Origin: Chlorokybus atmophyticus
Lineage: Eukaryota; Plantae; Mesostigma and Chlorokybus algae
Direction: 5' to 3'
NCBI GenBank assembly: GCA_009103225.1
Contig: RHPI01001616.1
Span: 1-13,375 of the forward strand
Length of the DNA stretch: 13,375 bases
A model generated the notes under the pieces. That model was given only the letters and a program-made list of their open reading frames with translations. It was not told the origin of the DNA and made no database searches. Shown piece after piece: positions 8,365-13,375 of the stretch. Numbering within the stretch: the first letter of the stretch is position 1; every line of letters begins with the position of its first letter. The translations under genes were made by a program, and so were the position numbers.

Positions 8365-9134
8365 GCATTGCATTTATGACTAGACATAACACTTATACCA
8401 ACCGAACCGAGGTTTGGACGTGTAGCCATACCAACCATTCCGACCAGGGGCCACTGAAAGTTGTGGTTACAGTTAACATGGGGTTGAATAATGTCCATTC
8501 CCAACTGTAGCAAGCATGGGGCTGTGCGATGTGTGCAGTGCACGATGTGGGCCAGAGGCATTTGTCTGAGAGTGTCCGACAGATGCAAGATAACCAGCTG
8601 TGCCTTCAGCACGCAGGGTTGCGCTGACGGTTTTCAGAGTGCATGCACGAGGATTGAATGCAGACATGCATGATGGGCAAGTTGTGCACACTAGCAGCAG
8701 GCTGAACTGGATTCACCCCACAGCTACACGTGGCACAATGTGATGACACACCTCATGCCTATCAACGGTGTTGCGGGAGTGGCACCGACTCGATCAGGAG
8801 TAGATAATCGCCCCTACAGACAAGTCATGCGTACGCTACCAAGCATGGCCAGCAGGCGAGTGACACAGACCGAGCAGAGGCACAGCCTGTGTGCTCTTCA
8901 TGCAGAAACTCACTAATCACTGCGCTGGCTAATGCCACACGCGCATAAACATCACATATGCTGCCTTTAACAGCAGCTGATGTCGGAACCGTGCTATACC
9001 ATGTGGAAGTCCAAAGTAAATGAGTGATTCTCCCCTGCTATGCGTACAGCAGCAACGACAATGTCACGACATTCATGGACCATTGGCTACGAGGCTTCAC
9101 TTGTTTGACCCTGCATTATACCAGACGATAACAA

Positions 9135-9486
9135 TCAGCCCTGTAGAACATTGTTTCTGAACAGCATAGAGCAGCATACAGAGGCACTACTTGCAACCGC
9201 CCAGCGTACCATACTCGTGTTTGTCGTGCTTCCAGATGTGTTCTTCTCAAGCTTTGATAGCCTCATCTCAATATCAGCATAAGATCGCCTAGCCTACACA
9301 TAGCCAAAGTCATTTTCAGCAACATTCATATGTATGGTGAACCGAGCAATCAATCAATGCACCAACCTGCTCAGCAAGCATCTGGTGGCTTGCAGTCACG
9401 TCCTTTTGCAGCGAGTATATCGCTATCGCCCCCGCCGTCCCAAACCCACACAAGAAAGACACCACTCTCGTCCTCAGCAAGCTCAT
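9135..9486 (-). CDS. Small single-pass membrane protein with short coiled-coil tail (69 aa spliced), function unknown
   Basis: Exons 9486-9367, 9293-9210 and probably 9140-9135 give MSLLRTRVVSFLCGFGTAGAIAIYSLQKDVTASHQMLAEQARRSYADIEMRLSKLEKNTSGSTTNTSMG*. It resembles a small plant/algal family as I recall it (LRVRLASF..G...LxKDy..sH). The last exon is less certain. Confidence 0.72.
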
Positions 9487-9820
9487 CTCGCCTCCTCCTC
9501 CGCCTCCTCCACCACCTCCTCGCCGCCTGCGCCCGCCAACAACACCGCCCACCCAAACCCTAACCGATCCAATTCTGATCCTCTTTGAATATCCGAATGA
9601 ACGCCTCGGAATCATGTTGAACCTGAACTGCTTCAAATGAACCCTTGCTTGATGATTGCAGCGCCGCTTCGATGCAGCGCCGCTTCGAGCTGCGAATCCG
9701 CGGCTGGCTTTTGGTATAGCTGATATCGAAGCTGTCAACTTTGATATCAGGTTGAAGCGGCAGTGTGTTCAGTGTCGACGTGGGCGAGGCGGTGGTGGCG
9801 GCGACGGTGGTGGCTGGGGC
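9487..9820. promoter_or_regulatory. Second divergent promoter / 5'-UTR region, with telo-box-like AAACCCTAA (9555-9563) and a 16-bp tandem duplication (9657-9688)
   Basis: Head-to-head ATGs at 9486 (-) and 9821 (+); TGCAGCGCCGCTTCGA x2. Confidence 0.5.
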
Positions 9821-12800
9821 ATGGTGGAGGGGGTGGCTGGGATGACAGCTCAGAGTGATGGAGTGGTGGAGGTCGTGCGCAAGAGTGGGGAGTTTACCGA
9901 AGGTCCGGCCGGGCAGGACGAGGCCACGAAGCAGGAGGGTGTGAAGCAGCAGGAGGGCGCGAAGGAGGCGGAGGTGGAGGACAAGGTGGGCAATGGGACA
10001 GGGTTTAGCGCTGCCCTTCAAGACGGCGAGAGCGAGCTTGTGGGGGAATTCTTTGATACCGAAGGGCCCCGCTTTTCCCCCACAAACCGCCTGCTCCTCC
10101 GCCACCAGGACTCCCTCCAGCGCGCCTTCGCCGCTGCTTCTTTGTTCTCTTCTCAGGTAGATTACACATCGAGTGTATGTATGACGTTTGTAAAATTATT
10201 TGCCATTACAGCCGGCAAGCTTGCGCTGTGGTTATGTATGGTTAGTGCTTCTTGATCTGCATGGCATTGCATGATGGTAGCAGACTGACTAGTCCGGTTG
10301 CTTGGTGAGTAAGGGTTAGTTATTGCATTGAGTGGCTAGTCAGAGAAGTTAATTTTGAACTCCAGTGCCATTTGGTATGCAGCCAGCGAAGCAGTAAGCT
10401 AACCGATATGTGTCGTCGTGCACAGACGGCGCGCATTGCGTCGGAGACGTGGCTGCTGACTCAACTGGCATGGAAACTGCTGGTCTTGCTTGGCATTGGT
10501 TACCAGTAAGTATTTTCCACATGTATTTTACAGCTTGCCGATGAGTTGCGAAGCATTCTTGTGACAGCCTTTTTGTGACAATTAGAGCAGCATGTGCATG
10601 GCGGTCAAGTGAATACTGTAATTCATGTTGTGCATGCAGATGGATGGTTCGGACGCTCGCTCTTCTCGTATATGCCACGTTGCTGCTTCCAGGATTCATT
10701 CACATGCTGGCATTCTACTTCTTCTCGCAACGCGTGAGGCCAAGCGTGGAGTACTCACCAAAGCCGAGGAACCGCCTCGACCTTTACTTTCCGAGAGGCT
10801 GGAAGCCAAGAAAGCATGCGGATCCCTCCAAACCACGCTACCCCGTGTTGATCTTCGTTAGCGGAGGTGAGGGTGCTGCTCGCATTGTTGCAAGCACACA
10901 ATGATGCTATCATTGTGTGCTTGCAACAATCAGTGCAAGGACATAATGATAGTATCTAGTGGTACTTGCACGCACGGACATAAATGTGGTGTTTATTTGT
11001 CAGTGTACACACCTCATGCTCACAGCTTAGTAGTGAAAACACATTGGTTGATGGTAGTACTCACAATTTAATACTCAACGCCACGACAGTCTATTTACGG
11101 CACTGCTAGTTCATAATGACGGCCATGTTGGGGGTTGGGGGGTCACATGGAGGATGAAACAACGAAGATTGATGGTACTGCTTACATTATTCATTATGCA
11201 AGCGCCACCATAGTGTATTTACGTCACAGCTAGTCACAAAGACTGCCATGATGGGGGTGTTTTGCATGGAGGATTGTCTGTTGATTTTGTCACTGATATA
11301 TATATATATATATCGCTTCAGCAGCTCCAGTCTGGCCCCAGTAGTGCTTTTGGCAGCTGTGCTTGCTATAGAGCCATTGCACAGGTTCTTGCACAGGTGC
11401 AGCCTTTCCAGCCCTGAGAAGGCTGCAGCCACGTGTTGCTTAACAGTTGCATAAATGTGGCAGGAGCGTGGGTCATTGGCTACAAGGCTTGGGCCATCTT
11501 GCAGGTAGGAAGGGGCTCACAATGACGGGCTCCACCTTGCATGCAAAGGCTGCCCGAGTCACATGCTGTTGATCACTCAACTAACTAACAAGTCTCATCG
11601 CACTTGTGCATCAGGGTCGGCATGTGTCTGCCCGTGGAGTCATTGTCGCCTGCCTGGACTACCGCAACTTCCCCCAGGGCTGTGTAGATGAGATGCTGGA
11701 GGATGTGACCACGGGTATTGCATGGGTCTTTCAGGTAAAGGCCATGATGATGCCAGCTGTGTGATAGCATGATCAGCAAGCTTACTCTGCTTCTGTATAT
11801 TGAAGAACATACACAGATACGGGGGTGATCCCTCCTCTGTCGTGCTGGCGGGGCAGTCTGCTGGCGCTCACCTTGCGACTCTAGCTGTTGTCAACCAAGC
11901 GAAGAGGAAGGCGGCGGGCCAGTGGGTGGAGTGGTCGAGCTCGCATGTCCGGACCTGCATCGGCATCTCTGGCGGGTAAGGATGTAACGGTCATACTTGT
12001 GTGTGCATGAGGGTGGGCGCAGTTGCGCGTGTGTGCGTCCGTGTTGGGTGTGCATGAGAGGGTGCATGCGTGTACGTGTGTGTGTTTGCGTGCATGTCTG
12101 CCTGCGTGCTCATGAGCGCATGCGGGTGTGCAATGTGGGATGATGCGTCTCGACGCTGTGTGTGCGCGCACATCATACGTGCATACACAGAAGATGTGCG
12201 CGCACGCACATATGGAGAGAAGGCACCACCATGTGTATAGCATAGTGGTGGTGCTTTCTCTAACTAGGTGTGCATTTTCTTAGTTCTGCCCTTATGACGC
12301 ACAACACATCGTGGGACTGCATGCCTGCACTGCAAGAAACAGTGTCTGGCATGACTTCTTCTTGCAACCTTTATTCCACACCATATTGTTGCTTGCGTTT
12401 CAGTGTATAGCAGCTAATGTGCTGTCCCACGTGCAGCTACGACCTCGAAGGCTTGAAGGAGCATCTCCACAGCCGCGGCCTCTATAAGAGCATCTTCCTA
12501 CGCATGTTCAACGGGCAGGACCATCTCGCAAAGTACTCCCCCGTGACGGCTGTCCAGCAGACCGCGTTCACGGAGGACCGCTCCGTCGCCGCCGCGCTCA
12601 TGCCTCCCTTCCTGCTTCTCCACGGCAATGCAGACAAGTCCATGCCGAGCTCAGAAAGCACCGCCTTCGCCGCAGCATTAGAGAAGATTGGAGTGCCTGT
12701 CACGTTAAAAGTGTATGAAGGAAAGGGACACACCGACCCCATTCTGCAAGACCCAATGGTATGGAGTTGTCTGGTTGCTGTGACAGTCTCTTGTATGTGC

Positions 12801-13140
12801 ACTTGCAATGACAATGCTTAGTATAGGTGTGCGTGCTTGTACAATCAGGCGCATGCATGCACATGAGCACACGCATGCGCACATTCACTCATCATTTATT
12901 TCTCATGGGTGTGCATGCGTGCGTGTGGGGCGCATGTGCACACACATCCATTGATAAGGGCCTTGTGACACAGTGTAGGTTGTGACAGTGCGTTGTGTAA
13001 TGCAGGAGGGTGGCATTGATTACCTTGCGGAGGACCTTGCGGCGGCGTGTTTGGGGAAGGCATACGAGGGTGAGGTTGTGCAGAAGAAGACGCAGCCGCA
13101 CTTGCTGGCGCAGTGGGCGCGCATGGTGTGCCCGTTCTGA
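9821..13140 (+). CDS. ICME: Isoprenylcysteine alpha-carbonyl methylesterase (ICME/ICMEL family alpha/beta hydrolase), about 476 aa
   Basis: Exons 9821-10156, 10426-10505, 10640-10866, 11464-11504, 11615-11734, 11806-11975, 12437-12758, 13006-13140, all frame-consistent. Motifs PRNRLDLY, IFVSGGAWVIGYKAW, VACLDYRNFPQG, GGDP, GQSAGAH (nucleophile), HGNAD, GHTD and C-terminal VCPF*. The start codon is the first in-frame ATG. Confidence 0.93.
11295..11314. repeat. (AT)9 microsatellite in ICME intron 3
   Basis: GATATATATATATATATATC. Confidence 0.95.
11995..12240. repeat. GT/GTGC low-complexity tract in ICME intron 6 (similar tract near 12825-12945)
   Basis: Runs such as GTGTGTGCATG, GCGTGTGTGCG and GTGTGTGTGTTTGCGTGCATG. 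These explain the His/Thr/Ala-rich spurious reverse-strand ORFs. Confidence 0.75.
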
Positions 13141-13375
13141 GAGGGTGTAGGGCGTTGGGCTGTTGGTGGGTGCACGGGTGGGGGGCAATTTGTGTATATA
13201 CAACTTAGTGTGTGCTTGTTGTGGGCATAGCTGTTGCGTGTGTGCTATGTGTTTGCCTGTGGACAATAGAGTGTTGTCAGTGTGTTCTGTGCGCTTGCTG
13301 AACTGGAAGGTGGTCAGCATTGTTCGCCAACTGTGTTTCTCTTGGCTGAATTACGGTGTAGCTAGTTTGTGCCCC

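Noticed and set aside
8779-8795. GTGGCACCGA resembling the Cas9 sgRNA scaffold tail
   Set aside because: Only a 10-nt match with no rest of the scaffold; chance.
9560-10105. 181-aa minus-strand ORF
   Set aside because: Antisense shadow of the low-complexity acidic ICME exon 1.
4664-13140. Functional cluster of protein-processing hydrolase genes
   Set aside because: Different pathways and likely compartments; no evidence beyond adjacency in a compact genome.
11881-13320. His/Thr-rich reverse-strand ORFs
   Set aside because: Products of GT-rich intron and UTR low-complexity tracts.

Overview
Eukaryotic nuclear DNA from the green lineage, with short GT-AG introns; the proteins are plant-like, so a streptophyte-type alga is inferred but not proven. 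The left end (1-2499, minus strand) is the 5' part of a Ty3/gypsy-like LTR retrotransposon: a 527-bp LTR (TGTAAC...GTTACA), a tRNA-iMet-like PBS, a repeat-rich 5' leader that looks like an intron, and a gag ORF with two reciprocal frameshifts that runs off the window. At about 3083-4019 (+) is the RT-less C-terminal part of a CRE-like non-LTR element (CCHC knuckle plus restriction-like endonuclease, one frameshift), possibly given an ATG through a short spliced exon. Four host genes follow as two divergent pairs: a LON-N-domain protein (8 exons, -) with PTH2 peptidyl-tRNA hydrolase (8 exons, +), and a small single-TM protein (-) with an ICME-type isoprenylcysteine methylesterase (8 exons, +). 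All exon chains were assembled by hand and keep frame. No rRNA, tRNA or CRISPR was seen. No clearly new multi-gene system is demonstrated; the best leads are the RT-less nuclease ORF and the intron-like LTR leader.
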